Assembly (NCBI GenBank): GCA_013265495.1
Contig: MU058387.1
Span: 1,426,001 to 1,490,000 of the forward strand
DNA length: 64,000 nt
DNA from: Vicugna vicugna
Taxonomy: Eukaryota
Direction of reading: 5' to 3'
The notes beneath the pieces were generated by a model. That model saw only the letters and a program-made list of their open reading frames with translations. It was not told the origin of the DNA and did not search any database. Below are positions 10,761 through 24,909 of the stretch, piece after piece. Each line of letters begins with the position of its first letter. Within the stretch, counting starts at the first letter, position 1. Made by a program: the position numbers and the translations under genes.

Positions 10761-13700
10761 TATTTACGCCATCCTTGCCCACTAACTCGACTCATTGCAT
10801 TGATAAATTGTTACAGATGTATCTCTGTCCTGCCACATCTGTACCAGAGCTCTGCATCTCTTTCTATGTCAGATGACGGCTGTACACCCTTCCACTCACT
10901 TGCCACAGTCATCGCTACCATTTTCTCCTACTGTCACATGTAGAATTCAAAATGCTTTGAAACCACTCCCTTATTAATAATGTTCTATTATGATCTTTTA
11001 ATATTATTGTAATTTCCTCTCATGAATAGAATTTCGAATGACCTCAGTTTGAGACATTTTCATTTACTTTTTTGAAAGTAATGATCTGCTTTGCTGCTTA
11101 GGCACCATTTTCTGGTCAAAATATCCAGTCAAGGCTAATCTGTGACAAGTATCTCTCGGTAACCAAATTCAATTTTAGGCCTCTCCTCGCTACCTGCAAC
11201 TTTTCCACCTGAGATTTTTCTCGTTACCTCGTGTGTACAAATGAATGCTGTTGCTACCTTTTCTGAGGCCAGTGGTCCCATACTGTTCTGGGCTTCCCAA
11301 CTTTAAAGCCACGGTTGCACAGCTGCCCTATTATGCGTGGCTTTTTCACCCCAGATTAACCCCACCATGTGCTTCCTTCTTGTTTGTGCCTGGTCTGATA
11401 AATACAATTGGAGTAACACGCAGTAATGTTCCAACCTACTTCACTATGAATTCAATCTTGTAAGTCTTTGGTTTGCTGTTGATTGATGCTTAACAACCCT
11501 TTTAGTTGATGCAATGTGTGCATGTTAAAGCACCTAGACACAGCCTGGTGTTTAAATGTCCAAAGTGTCTCCTCTCTAGCCACTTCCCCTAATCTCTTTC
11601 CCTCCTGTTACTTTAAGTCACATATTTTGTGCAATTCAAGCTTTACTCCTCACAGCCATACTTTCAAGTATTTTCTCTGAATGAAATTTGGTTCCTGTTT
11701 CATATTCCATCACTTGGTCATCAATCATTCAATCCTAGAAATATTTTTTTCAGGACTTCAATGTGCAAAACAGGATAAAAGTCATCATCTTCTATTCTCT
11801 TAGGCTTAAAAAAAACCTAGATATTTGTAGTATTCACATTTGTAGTAATACTAGACAGAGTCTAAAAATAATAACAGTAATTAGATCTTAAAATAAGTTT
11901 TACTATTTATTTTTATTAAAAGAGAAATCCATGTTCCTCTAAAATTCCATTACGTATATTAGACTGCATAAAATAAGAGATGAGAGGTGTCCACTCTCCA
12001 ATCCCAAATTACTCTCTAAATACAAGTATTATGGATTGACAATGTGCAGTGTTGCTACAATTCTTTCTGATGCTTGTAACAGACACAGGTCACAAGGTAA
12101 TAGTGTTTTGCTACTTGTTTTAGCATTCTTAACAATCTAGCATTATCTTTCTTTGTAAGTATATACAGACAAAATCATTTCATTTTGGTAACTGGATAAG
12201 GGTATTTAGGTAAATTTGCAAATTGAGATTCAGAAATTAGACAAAAAACAATATATACTCTATTACTGACATTTTTATTCTGCCTTCCTAGAAAGCAGAA
12301 AAAATAAAGTTTCCTCTGTATGGTGATCCACGTTATTAACAATCTATCTCTCCAAGATCATTGACAGTAGTAGTTTAGAAAACATGAAAATATTCTCTCA
12401 GAGGGAGATTGTGTATCATCTTCAACACAGAGCTCTGTCAAAAAAACTTTTACAAAGGTCAGTTGTTGTGAGTTAAATGACACAACTTGGCCTTGATTAT
12501 GTGACTCTGTGGATGACAATGAACTATAATGAGTCTCAACTTCTACTTTACAAATCACTCAGATCTGGGAAGTTTTCTTGGCTCTTCAAATTGTGAATCT
12601 CCTGCACATCAACGTTTGATAAAATCTCATGTGATTAATGGTCATTCTTATTTAACATAAAAGAGCACCACACATCAGAATGACTCTGATCTTGTATTGT
12701 AAGTCTTATTACTGGTTGTTACAGAATTCCAAAAGCTCACAAAGCATATACTATAAAAGGCATGGAAAGGAAATGTTCTACCTGGGAAATAAATCTAGAA
12801 AAACTGAAACTGCCAGTTCTCCACAAAAAAATAACACATTGCCTCCTTGTAGAAGCATGCATTTCTGATTGTACCTCATTTTCATCTTTTTATAATGATA
12901 AATTAGGACATGTAATGCAAACTGCATTTTTATTTTTGTTATATGACCTTTTGATATCTTCTAAGAATGCTTGGATTCTCTTAATGAAAGGGCAAAGGAT
13001 TTGAAAGGGGGAGATTTTATTTTCTGAAAGTGATATACTAAGTTATATTTGTATTATGTTAACTGGAATAATAAGTTATATTTTAATGGGTCAACCGTGG
13101 CTGAGAAAATGTGACCTACTTTTTCACAGTGACCATTGTTATGCGAGTGTCTCTCATCTGTCATGATTGTATCTTTGTTATAATTGAGATCATGCTCTTG
13201 CTAATCACTAGAATAGAAAAATCTAAGAGAGTCATGCTATTCCCAGCTAGCATTTAAGAAATTGTTACAGAGAGCCAATTTATAGCCTTTGCTCGATCTT
13301 TCCAAAATAGTCAATTTGCCATCACTGACAGAAATTTAAATCTTAATATTGAAATGTTCTGGAAAGTGCTTGCCAGGGGATCGCAATAGAGACGTCAGCA
13401 TGGATGGAGAAAATTAGATTGTCATGATTACAATGCTACCAACACACTTGGTTTCCTAAGAATTGACATGCCCAGGACTTTGCAGCTAATATTAGCATTG
13501 TTGCTGTCAGCTGATATTTACATTTTATACACAGCTGGTGTTATGCATATATATTAATTTATCCAAATTTATTAAGGTTTATAATACTTGTAAGAAAAAT
13601 GATAGTTTTTTGGCTGAAATAATGGATAGTTTTGAGATCATTACTGTGGTTCACACTTAATGGATAATTCTAATCTCAATACATTTCTCTTTATCATCAT

Positions 13701-13841
13701 GATACCCAATATCACCATCATTATCATAGTTACTTTTGCAAAAGCTACTATAAGTGTTTTTTATAAAACTTATTTTAATTATTATTCTAGTTTAATGAAG
13801 TAGATTTTATGTGTTTATTTTAAAGTTTAAAAAACAAAGGC

Positions 13842-14770
13842 AATCATATGTCATTAGGGAAAAGCAAATTAAACAATAATGAGATACTACTACATACCTA
13901 TTAGAATGGCCAAAATCTGGAGCACTTACAACACTAATGCTGGATGCTGGCGAAGTATGGAGCAACAGGAATTCTCACTCATCACTAGTGGCAATGAAAA
14001 ATGGTACAGCCAATTTGGAAGACACTTTGGAGGTGTCCCATAAAATCAAACAGATGCTTATCATGTGACTCAGCAATCACGCACCTTGGTATTTACTCAA
14101 AGGAGCTGAAAACAAGCCCAAAGAACCTGTTAAAATGCATGTTTATAGCAGCATTATTCATAATTGTCAAAATTTGGAAGCCTCCAAGATGTCCTTCAAT
14201 AGGTGAATGGATAAACAAACTGTGGTACATCCATACGATGGAGTATTATTCATTGCTGAAGTTAACTGAACTATTAAGCCTTCAAATAGACATGGAGGAA
14301 ACTTAAATGCACATTACTGAGTGAAAGTAGCCAATCTGAAAATGCAGCATACCCTAAGATTCCAACTAAACGACTCACTGGCAAAGGCAAAACTATGGAG
14401 ATAGCAAAATAATATGGAGATCAGTGGTGCAAGAGTGGGGGACTAGAGGAATGAACAGAGGAATTTTAGAGCAGTGAAGATACTTTGTATACTGATAATG
14501 GATACATGTCATTACACGTTTGTCTAAACCCCAAAGCTGTATAACATCAGGAATGACCCCTGATGGTGAGGTAAATTGTGGACTTCAGGTGATTATGATG
14601 TATCAGTGTAGGTTCTTACTTGGTAACAAATATGTCATTCTGGTGCCTGATGTTGTTAACAGGGGATGCTGTGCATGGGTATTGGCAGGTGTTACATGAG
14701 AAATCTGTACATTTTTTCTCAATTTTGCTGTAAACCTAAAACTGCTCTCCAAAAAGTCTACAATAAAAAC
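13842..14770 (+). mobile_element. L1MC1-like 3' end (ORF2 C-terminus plus 3' UTR)
   Basis: ORF 14001-14306 (MFIAALFIIVKIWKPPRCPSIGEWINKLWYIHTMEYYS) is the ORF2 C-terminus. The 3' UTR has 'ggatacatgtcattacacgtttgtctaaaccc' and 'ctcaattttgctgtaaacctaaaactgctct'. Confidence 0.9.
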
Positions 14771-15177
14771 AAAATGAAGAAAAACTAAGACAAGGCAAAA
14801 TGAATTTGTGTAGCATGTCTAAAGTTATACTAGGCAGAATACCAGAATTTAAATTAATAACTGACTTCAACAGTGAAGCTAAAATGTAAAATACAATGAC
14901 TGGCTCTCCTTTACGTAACTTTTGATATAGGAGATGAGAGCAGGGAGCATGGAAAGCTTTCTGTGACAAACAAAATTCTCAATAAACTCATAGTTTTCTT
15001 TTAACATCATCTACTTACTACCTGTGCAATAGTCAGTTACCTCTCTTTATGTTTTTCTCACTTTGAGAGACTCTTCAGTGCTTTACTATCTGTGTGAGTG
15101 CCTCACTTTCCACATTTTAATAACTAATATATACATTTTAAGGTTGAATAGTGTCTCTCATTAAAAATAGCAGCATT

Positions 15178-16015
15178 ACAGGAAAGGAAACCATAAGCAA
15201 AATAAAACGACAACCTATGGAATGGGAGATAATATTTGCAAATGATGCGACTGGCAAAGGCTTAATTTCCAGAATATATAAACAGCTCATATGACTTAAT
15301 AAGAAAAAAAAAACAAACAACCCAATCCAAAAATGGGCAGAACACCTAAACAAGCATTTCTCCAATGAATACATATGAATGGCCAATATGCATAAGAAAA
15401 TATACTCAATATCACTAATTATCAGAGAAATGCAAATCAAAATTACAATGAGGTGTCATCTCACACCAGTCAGAATAGTCTTCATTTAATTGTCCATGAA
15501 TAATAAATGCTGGAAAGGGTGTGGAGAAAAGGGAACCCTCCTACTCTGCTGATGGGAATGTAGTTTGATGTAGCCATTATAGAAAACAGTATGGAGAGTC
15601 CTCAAAAAAATTAAAAATAGATTTACCATATGATCCAGCAATCCCACTTCTGGGTATATATCCAGAGGGAACTCTATTGTGAATAGATACATGCACCCCA
15701 ATGTTCACAGCAACACTATATACAATAGCCAAGACATGGAAGCAACCTAAATGTCCATTGAGAGATGACTGGATAAAGAAGTTGTGGTATATTTATACAA
15801 TGGAATACTACTCAGCCATAAGAAAGAATAAAATAATGCCATTTGCAACAACATGGATGGACCTAGAGATTGTCATTCTAAGTGAAGTTAACCAGAAAGA
15901 GAAAGAAAAATACCATATGATATTACTTATATGTGGAATCTAAAAAAAAAAAAAAGAAGACACTATGAACTCATCAGAAATTGACACACTGCAACTGACT
16001 GTACGTCAATTAAAC
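15178..16015 (+). mobile_element. young 5'-truncated L1 with perfect 14-bp TSD and internally deleted 3' UTR
   Basis: ORF 15701-15943 is the ORF2 C-terminus (…TWKQPKCP…KLWYIYTMEYYSA…WMDLEIVILSEV…CGI*). TSD aaaatagcagcatt at 15164-15177 and 16016-16029, in a TT/AAAA endonuclease context. Confidence 0.95.
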
Positions 16016-16814
16016 AAAATAGCAGCATTTCTCCCTAAAGAACAATGCAGAGACTTGTCTTTAAAATCAGTAATAGTTGCTCAAAACTATTTCTATTTAA
16101 TTGTAGATGGAGTTATGTAATGTACCTCCTATGTGCTCTACTGAATTTAAATATAATGGCCAATAACTTTAACTTCTTACAATTTCTATTGAGGAGAATA
16201 GTTTTTAAGGGTTTACTAGGACCACTCCCTCTTCTCAATAATCCTAGTTTCAATAATCACAATATTATTTTCATATGAGAACAGTTTTGTTCTAAAAAAA
16301 TCTAGAATTGTGTGTGTGTGTATATGTATGTGCTCACACACATGCTCCCAATATGGAGTGCTACTTCAAAAGTATTTTTATTTTCAGTTACATTTTCAAG
16401 CTTACCGTTGAAAATTTTTTTTAAAGCAGAGAGCAAAAAGCACAAAATAAAAATCATGTATCTCACCAGTAGGGAAAAATAATATTTGATCATTTATTTA
16501 ATAACTCCTTACCTTTTCTTCTATGCATATTTAAACTAGATAGAGCCTGTGATTTATATATAGTAATGGGGCCATTGTTTATATCTGAATAGTAGGTTAC
16601 TTAAAGATAATTTTCAATGCTGTAACGTTTTGCACTTGTATATGTCATAATACATTTGACTAATTCCTTATTATAAGTTATACAGGGTGTTTCATTTCAG
16701 AAAGGAAAATGTAAGTAATTCTGCAATTACATATTTGGAATACATCTCTCATCACCTATCTGAATTTTTTATGAAACCGGTAACAGTAGCAACAGTAAGA
16801 GCAAAAATAACATT

Positions 16815-17050
16815 AGTGAGCAGATAACATTTATCAAGTGCTCATTATGCAGCTATTATAAATATGCTGCCTTTACAATCTCATTTGATCCCCATAGCAG
16901 CCATCATACGAAGGAAAAATAGGTTGCCCCATTTTACAGATAAGGATGTTGGGAAATGAATTGAATAACTTGGTTAAAATCTCACAGTTAGAAATTGGTT
17001 GAGTTAAAGTCTGTTTAACTTATTCCCAAACCCATGATCTATACTACCAC
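16815..17050 (-). mobile_element. MIR SINE
   Basis: 'aacatttatcaagtgctc...atctcatttgatcc...ccccattttacagataagga...aataacttggttaaaatctcacag'. Confidence 0.7.
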
Positions 17051-17536
17051 AGGATATTTGTAGAAGTTACATTCCCTGTGATAAATACATATATATGATT
17101 AGAGCTCTGGCCACATATTACAATGGATGACATTTTTGTCACCTGTATGTGCTTGTATGTGATCCCTGTATGATGTCTCACCTTTATTTGCATGTTTCTG
17201 TCATAGAGAATGTTTTCATTTTTATCTACTTAGGTATGTTTCTTTGTTTCTTTATCCTTTGCTTTATACTTCAAGAGTCAAAGCATTTCCTGAAACAGTT
17301 TTATTTTCAACAGTAATTGTTCTAGAATTTAAAAAAATACCTTAGCTCCGCACCAGCTCGAATAATAGCCACCCTGGCTTCTCTGCCTATGGGACTTACA
17401 AAGTTTCCTTCCTGGACCGCTCTCCTGTGAAGGTGTGACCAGATTTCACAGATCCCTGTGTTGCAGCTCTGGACAAACACTTCCATTCCAGTTGCCACCC
17501 AGGGAAGACCATCAGAGCTTTCCAGAGCCTCACTGT

Positions 17537-17699
17537 CAAGGCATGCTGCATAGATTTCTGGGTCAGGGCGACGGGAGAACGTAGAGCCTTTTCAAAATTT
17601 ATTACGAATTTCAAGATGGTGAGAGCAGAACATTAAAATAGGCACAGGCCCTTCTAAGTCTGCTGTGGCCCAGACGACACATCCATGAAGAAGGGGCTG
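17537..17699 (-). mobile_element. MER45A-like hAT-Tip100 MITE
   Basis: 'ttcaaaatttattacgaatttcaagatggtgagagcagaacattaaa...ggcccttct...cacatccatgaag' aligns by eye along the reverse complement of MER45A. Confidence 0.75.
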
Positions 17700-19409
17700 C
17701 TAAGGTCTTATCTGCTCCTGCAGGAAGACTCCTGTCTCGGCGAGTTTAAACGCACGGTATTGCCTGTTTATGTGTGTGTTTATCAGGAAAACAACAATGC
17801 ATTGCTATTACCAGTCCCTATACTGATTACTTTTATCTTCCAGCCTAGTAAACATTTGAACTTTTTTTATAACTGCTATTGTTATTCAGCAGGATTGCCT
17901 GCAGTATTTCACCACTAACGCTGATATTGGATTCTAATTTAAGAGTTTCTCATTATCAATTCTAAGTTGTTTTTATAAGACTTTTCCACAAATGGATGTT
18001 AGGTTATTAGGTACTTTTTATTCAACACCTATTTAAATAATAACATGGCTATTGTATAGTTTTAATAATATTAAGCTATCTCTGCATTCCTGGTGTGTTG
18101 GAAAAATCTAACGTTAATTTATGATGTATTCTTGCTGTTGTGGAAAGACTATAAAAGCAAATTTTCCCTTTCTTCTCCTTCAGGAAAATAGAACAAGCTC
18201 AGTTGTCTAAAATATTCATTTCTGCCTCCCAGGGCCTCCCACCCACCCAGCCCAACGGTTCTTCCAATTTCATGGGCTTAGTTAAAGAAAATACCTACAC
18301 AGGTGTTACTTTGACAAAAGGAACCATCAGGGAATAAGGGCAGAGTGGATCTGTGGATAATGCAGGAGAGAGGCTGCTGTTGAAGAGGAATAGGGGGATG
18401 GCTGGACCATGGACAGGGGAGAGGGGAAGAAGAGAAGGCAGACGGTTTCTTTTGGGGGTGCAAACCTGCTTCCCATACAAGGGCCATAGAAGAAGCAAAA
18501 AAGGACAGAGGTGGCACATGGTCTTCAGTAAGTATGGGGATTTTGAGGATCATGGTGGAGTGTTCTGAATTTAGGCTGTGTGACACTGAGGGTATGTCTC
18601 AATTGCCTGGAGCATCAGCATTTAGAAGACACCCAGAACCAGTGTGCTTTAAAACCGAAAGCACAAGAGGAAAACACGAAGCCCACTAAGTTGGAAGGAT
18701 CACGACCACTTCTGCTCCCAGAGGTATCATTACTAGGCCATATATATGACACCTGGAGATAGGTGTGTGTGGTGGGGAAAGAGAGGGGTGGAATGATGTT
18801 GTGAAACAGGAAGCCAGCATTACTAAGAATAATTAAAGAAATGAGATCATTCCCACTCCTGAGTATTGAATGGCAAATTCACATCTGTTTTACTAGCATA
18901 TAATCTTCCTGCTTTATTAATTTAACATGCTTTTGAATGTTGCCTATTAGCCATTTATTTCAAATTTCTGCATCACAACTCATAGAAAATGGAGACATAG
19001 ATTTGGGTATAAAAGACAGTATATACATGTATGTTTCTGTATGTTTCTGTCTTTCTGTTATCTTTTCCATGTTTCTGTAAGGATTATGCCAGCTTCATTC
19101 AAGAACCTGGGTTATTTACCAGACATTTTTAAGGCTTTTACAAATATCTAAATTATATGAAAATTATTTATTCTATGGACATTTCAAAGGACCAAGCTGC
19201 AAAGCCATCTGAGCCCAAATCTTTTCTCTCTCTCTCTCTCTTTCTTTCTTTCATTCTGTCTTTTTTTTTCTTTTGATAGACTGTCTCTCATGTGTGTTAC
19301 CATGGTTAGTATTCTAAAGAGATTTGATATTTACCTACTAATTGCATTTCTAAAACAATGTCTATTTTGATGAAATTGTCCATTTATTAGCTTATAAGAC
19401 TATAATATA

Positions 19410-19630
19410 GAAGCAGTTTGCCCTGGTGACTCCCTGTTCAAATTTCAGCTCTACCATGTACCAGCTGTGTGACTTCAGGCACGTTTATCTCGGTTTCCTA
19501 ATGCATACAAATATATAACAATAGAATGATTAGAACATCGACTGCATGAGGTGGGGAGGGAGGTGTGTGTGTTAGGGCTGAATGACCTAAGATATGGGAA
19601 GCCTTTAGAATCAGGGCCAGTCACAGGTCA
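19410..19630 (+). mobile_element. MIR SINE
   Basis: 'gttcaaatttcagctctaccatgtaccagctgtgtgacttcaggcac...tttagaatcagggcc'. Confidence 0.7.
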
Positions 19631-22600
19631 TGGAGACTAAATCTTAGACAACCATGTTTTAATCTTCTATTTCAATCCTCACACTACACTAAGAGCTGTG
19701 CTCCATGTCAAGTTCACTTCTTTGTCCTCTTCTGCTTTTGAATTGAGTTAATTCAATTCAAATTCAGTTCCAAGCCCTAGATAAACAAGCTAGAGAGTTG
19801 TGCTTTGATTGTACTATTTTTTAAGTAAATTAGAAAAAAAAATAAACAGATACAGTGAGTTTTTTTGTAATTATGGAAAATTAACTCAGTAATTATCTCA
19901 CTAAATCACACTAATGACAAAAAGAATTGGGGTGGATTTTTCAAGGTTATATGATAATAAATGCCTTTAACTGAAACCCAAAATAACAAAAAGCCACAGT
20001 TTAACTTGTAGATACATATGAACACATTTTGTTTGTTTCTCTTCTGAGCTGCATATTACATGAAACATAGAAATGTTTCAGAAATATTTTCTATGTGTTG
20101 AACTTTAATATGTGCAAGGCACAATTCAGGATTGAGGATGCCTTTTCTCAGTTAACTCTGTCTAAAATTCCTTCAAAATAAATATATCCTCATTTTAAAT
20201 ATTAAGTCACATATTTTAAGTGTTGAAAGTAAGAAATATACTCAGATATACCTAAATCTGAACCTTGCTATTTGCTTTGTGTAGTTTGTCCTTTACTAAA
20301 CTTTGTTCAGTATTGAAGATACACACCGACACACAGATAATTAAAATGTGGTTTCTGCTGACAAAGGGAAACATTTTAAGAGGGGGTAGCAAAGAAAAAA
20401 TGATCACTGATTTTCAGGATGCATGTGCACACACATATTTATTTTGTGTAGAGAAATCAGGAAAGGCTTTGCAGTAGAGTGCATACTCCAAAGATGGAAA
20501 AGATGATGAGGTCCCCAGGAAGCAGCTGGGAGTGGAGAGCGGGCGGGAAGAGAAATGAGATGATGGGCAAGAGGAACAGCAGCAGAGGAGGCATGGAGAT
20601 GTAGCACCCGTGCAGCTCCCTGAGTGTGATCGTACTAGAACTGGGCCAAGTCTCCTGTAATTCTTTCTGAAGAATAGATTTGCAGACAAAACTAGGTTGC
20701 TTCAATTTTACAACATCGCTAATGTCTTTATGTTTTATTAAAAGAAGAAATACAGATAACGCAGTGGCCCTTCTTTTCGGTTGTGCCTGGCATCACCCGC
20801 CCTACCTTTGCTCTCAGAAAGCATTCACACTAAGCTGGTGTTTTCTCATCATGATGGAAATAGCGGTGCTCACTTAGAAATGAACTGCAGCATTACCAGC
20901 AATTAGAATCAACAGGCACCCCTACTAAACCAGCCTCGTATTAATTTGCATACCCTGTGCTCTACACATGATACACTGAGCGTCCATAATGATGATAATA
21001 GAAGCAGCATGCATTTACATAGACCTTTACAATTTGTAAAGTTGTGTGTGTGTGTATACTTTAATATTATTCCATTCAGATCAAGCAATACACTAGAGAA
21101 ACTGAAAGATGAAGTTGGAAATCAGATATTTGCCCTTAGGTGACCCTGTCATCTGCATTTAGAAATGAATTCTCTGAACATTCCAAGAGTTTAAAATCAG
21201 AGCTTGCCAGGATAGATTCTGTAAGTGTTAATTTTATAAAACAATATGAAGGAGTTCAGAAAGACAACAGTCTGATAATTGTCCACACTGTGGATACATG
21301 CTCCATTGCCTCTTTATCCTGCTTAGCATCACAGCTTGGATGCTCTGAAGGCTAACCTTTATCCTTTCACCTGGGCATGCACAGGAATTTCTGGCTGCCT
21401 CGGCTTCTTCAAATCCCCCATCTTATAAATGGTTTTAATGGAACTGTTGTTTCAGCTCCTCCTCTCTCTCTTCTCTCATTTGCTTCTACGCAGACCCCTC
21501 AATCAGACCTATTTCACTGACTTTACTTTTTTAACTCACTCTTTTCTCAATGGCCAGATGCTGCGACCACAAAAAAATATAACTAATGTAACTTGCTCCC
21601 AAGGAACTCAATCCAGCAGGAGAAAAGTCAGGCGGTCATCTAATTGACTGGGCCTCTCTGTGAGATGAACTGCATACCAGAGATGCAAAGGAAATATTTA
21701 CAATTGTCGGATGACTTGAAATTACCTTGATTTCCATTTGATCCCTGTCTCTTTAAATATTATAATTTTAATGATTGCTTTGCAATTGCCCACCCTCTCT
21801 CAGAACTTGTCTAGTCGACAATGTTTTTAAGATATTTCTCATTCCTGTTGGTGTTTAGAAATATTCACCTTTCTCCCCATGGGGATTATTAGATAAAGGC
21901 TGTTCTTTATTTTTCTAGATTTATTTGCCTTAAAGTCCAGTGAAACAACATTAGCTTTGTAATTTTCATGGTCCCTGTTTTGAGCATTTGTTGACACTAC
22001 ACTCGATGGTCTGCTTACTAGAGGCAGGATTTGTGGTTGGTACAGCTCAGTATTTTTAAACTGACATAACAGAGAAACTGATTAAGACATCTTAAACAAG
22101 TATTTGGAAGATAAAGGTCATCATACCCTTATGAGGTTGAACTCAGGGAAATTTTCTCACCTAAAAAGTTCTACCCAATTGCTTTCAGAATGCTATTCAG
22201 CGTCACATTGCTTTATTGAACCATCCCAGTCAGCCACGGTGCCTTAGAACGGGAAAAGAAAAAGAATGAAAGTTTTTTTACTGTATACACAACTGTGCAT
22301 CTCAGTCAATCCATGTTGAACAGAGAGATCTAAAGAATATTATATTAAAGGGAATACGGAATTCTCCAGCCAATGTTAAAATGTAGACCTTTGAGCCTGT
22401 CACTGCTCGTCTATTGCGTGCAAATCCTCAGTATTTCTCCTAATGGCCTCTGGAAATGTTTTATAATGGGAAGCAGATTTTGGTAATCCACGTTGTGATC
22501 AAATTACTTTAGTCAGTGCCTTTCATTTACCAACTATTAAATATACAAAGCCTAATTTAATAGGTAAAAAATGTTCGTTTCTAAGCCACCTTGATTGTCA

Positions 22601-24112
22601 ACTGTCAGCCACTGATATAAAATGACTCATTATGGGAACACAATTAGAATCTTAAAATACTAATGGAAGTATGCATAAATGGAATTCAAGGGGTTTTCAG
22701 ATCCATTAAATACACTAAAACTTACTTATAATGTGCCTACACTCAATGCTTTTCTATACAATAACAGAATAACTGAAAATTGGAAAGTCCTGACCAATGG
22801 CCCTGAAAGCATTATTTCCTGCATTTAGAATTTTCCTCTCTTCTTCACTCATTACCTTTCAAAATGCTGATATAAATTAATCTGTTTCCAACCATTTCAT
22901 GGCTTTCTGTACAGGGGAAAAAAGAAATATGTTAACAGAACCAAGCTGGCAATACAATTTAGTCTGCTAGAAATGGAGAACAATAAGACAAAATCCACAG
23001 TATATGGACCCTTTTACCTCCATCAGTTTTGGGGCTTAGGGTCTTGTGTCTTGAATTTCTGCTGAAACCACAGAGATGGAAAAAATAATAGTGATCGCTA
23101 TCCCTCACATTCTGAAGAGAGGCGGCAGGTTTTTTGTGACTGACTTAAGAGAGCAGAGTCCAGCCTATGACTCTCCATCTGCATCAGTGAGCTCTAGTTC
23201 CAAAGCAGAGAAAACTAGGTATTTAGAAGCGATCTAGTAAATAGAGTCAAGAAGGTAATGAGCTATAGGCCTACAGGTCTAGCTTCTTTGCCCCTTCTCT
23301 TTAGGGGAATAGAGAATGAAGTTCTTAAAGTATTTAGGTTGTCTATGTAGAGATATTTCTGTCACATGTTTTAGAGGGGAGGGTAATTAGAAGACAAATC
23401 TAAGATTCCTTTTAAAAGGAGACAACCTCGCTTTTGTAGTGTTAGACAAAGACACAACAGGCTATCCAACCAGCTGATCCTCAAAATCCCTTAATTCCAA
23501 TCGCATGTATACAAAATCGGTTCATGGGGTGAGAGACACTGTCCTCATCGATAGTTCAAATTCAGGGGTTTTAAAAACATTAAGTAAACTCAGTGACTGC
23601 ATCCTTACCTAACAGATAAAACAAAGATGTAATTTTTTTTTAAGATTTAATTTTAATTGGAACATAAATTTAGTTGGGAGGATGTTATTTTATTACTCTT
23701 CTATTCCATCCTTACACCTAAACATATTTGTTACAATAAAATAAAATTTCATGAAAATCAAGAATAATTATATTTCCAATTTAAGGGGGAAAATCTCTAT
23801 TTTATTTCTTTCCAATGAAATTAGTGTATGTGTTTGTGACGAAACCCAAGGATCTAGGTAGCTACATCAACTTTAACAATTTCCCATCATAGAAACTGAA
23901 TCTGCAATGGGATCAGTTATACAGAATAAAAGAAAAAGTTCAAGACTGTCGAGATTCTCACCCTATGAGAAACCACACTTACATGGTGGTCGTCTCTCAA
24001 AGGACAAGCATTACTGCCATGATGGCAACTTCCCTCATCAACTAATCCAGGAGAGAAAATTCCAGGATTCAGACTCAAAAATTCCAAGCAAATGATGTCT
24101 GATCACCTTGAC

Positions 24113-24502
24113 TTATATACATAAATATAAATAAGTATATATATAGCCCTTTTCATATTCTTTTCCATTATAGGCTATTACAAGGTACTGAATATAGCTC
24201 CCTGTGCTCTACAGTAGGAACTTGCTTTTATCTATTTTATATATAGCAGTTAGTATCTGCAAATCCCAAACTTCCAATTTATCCCTCCACCCCCCTCTTT
24301 CCTCCCTGGTAACCACGATTTTGTTTCCTATGCCTTTGAGTCTATTTCTCTTTTGTAAGTAAGTTCATTTGCCTCATGTTCTTTTAGGTTCCACATATAA
24401 ATGATATCATATGGTATTTTTCTTTCTCTTTCTGGCTTACTTCACTTAGAATAAAAATCTCCAAGTCCATCTACGTCGCTGCAAATGGCATTGTTTGATT
24501 CT
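24113..24502 (-). mobile_element. young L1 3' UTR fragment lacking its terminal tail
   Basis: Homologous to 30140-30480: 'tttcatattcttttccattataggc...gtatctgcaaatcccaaacttccaatttatccc...tggcttacttcacttagaat...gctgcaaatggcatt'. Confidence 0.9.
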
Positions 24503-24909
24503 AAATTGCAATCTTGTAAGGCTAATGGGCCAGGACCATTATTATCATTTTAATGATGAGGAAACTAGCACTGAGAATGGTAAATGACTTCATTTCCAAC
24601 CACTATTCACACTTTCACTGCTGTGTGTGCCTAGAACTGTTGTAAACGATCAGGGTACAAATGACAAACAGCTCAGCGTTCTCCCTTTTGTGAATCTCAT
24701 AGTCTAGCAGAGAACAGAGACAAACACACAAACGACTCTGAGAACACGGTGTCCTTATGGAATTCTGTCCGCAGGACATGGGTGTGCTATGATTCACCTT
24801 CCCTGAGGTCCCGGGAGGACCTGTGCCTGCACGAAGCCCTGACACACACAGAGCACCAAATGGGACCTAAATGAAGTGGAAGGAAGGGAGAGGAAGAGAA
24901 CATAGTGTG

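Noticed and set aside
10812..10843. 9-bp inverted repeat tacagatgt / acatctgta
   Set aside because: Too short for a pre-miRNA and expected by chance in 64 kb.
15138..15701. Minus-strand ORFs of 100 aa and 71 aa
   Set aside because: Antisense to L1 ORF2.
18200..18800. Purine-rich, GC-richer block with several overlapping ORFs
   Set aside because: Probably a decayed LTR or low-complexity sequence. I could not assign a family, and the ORFs reflect composition.
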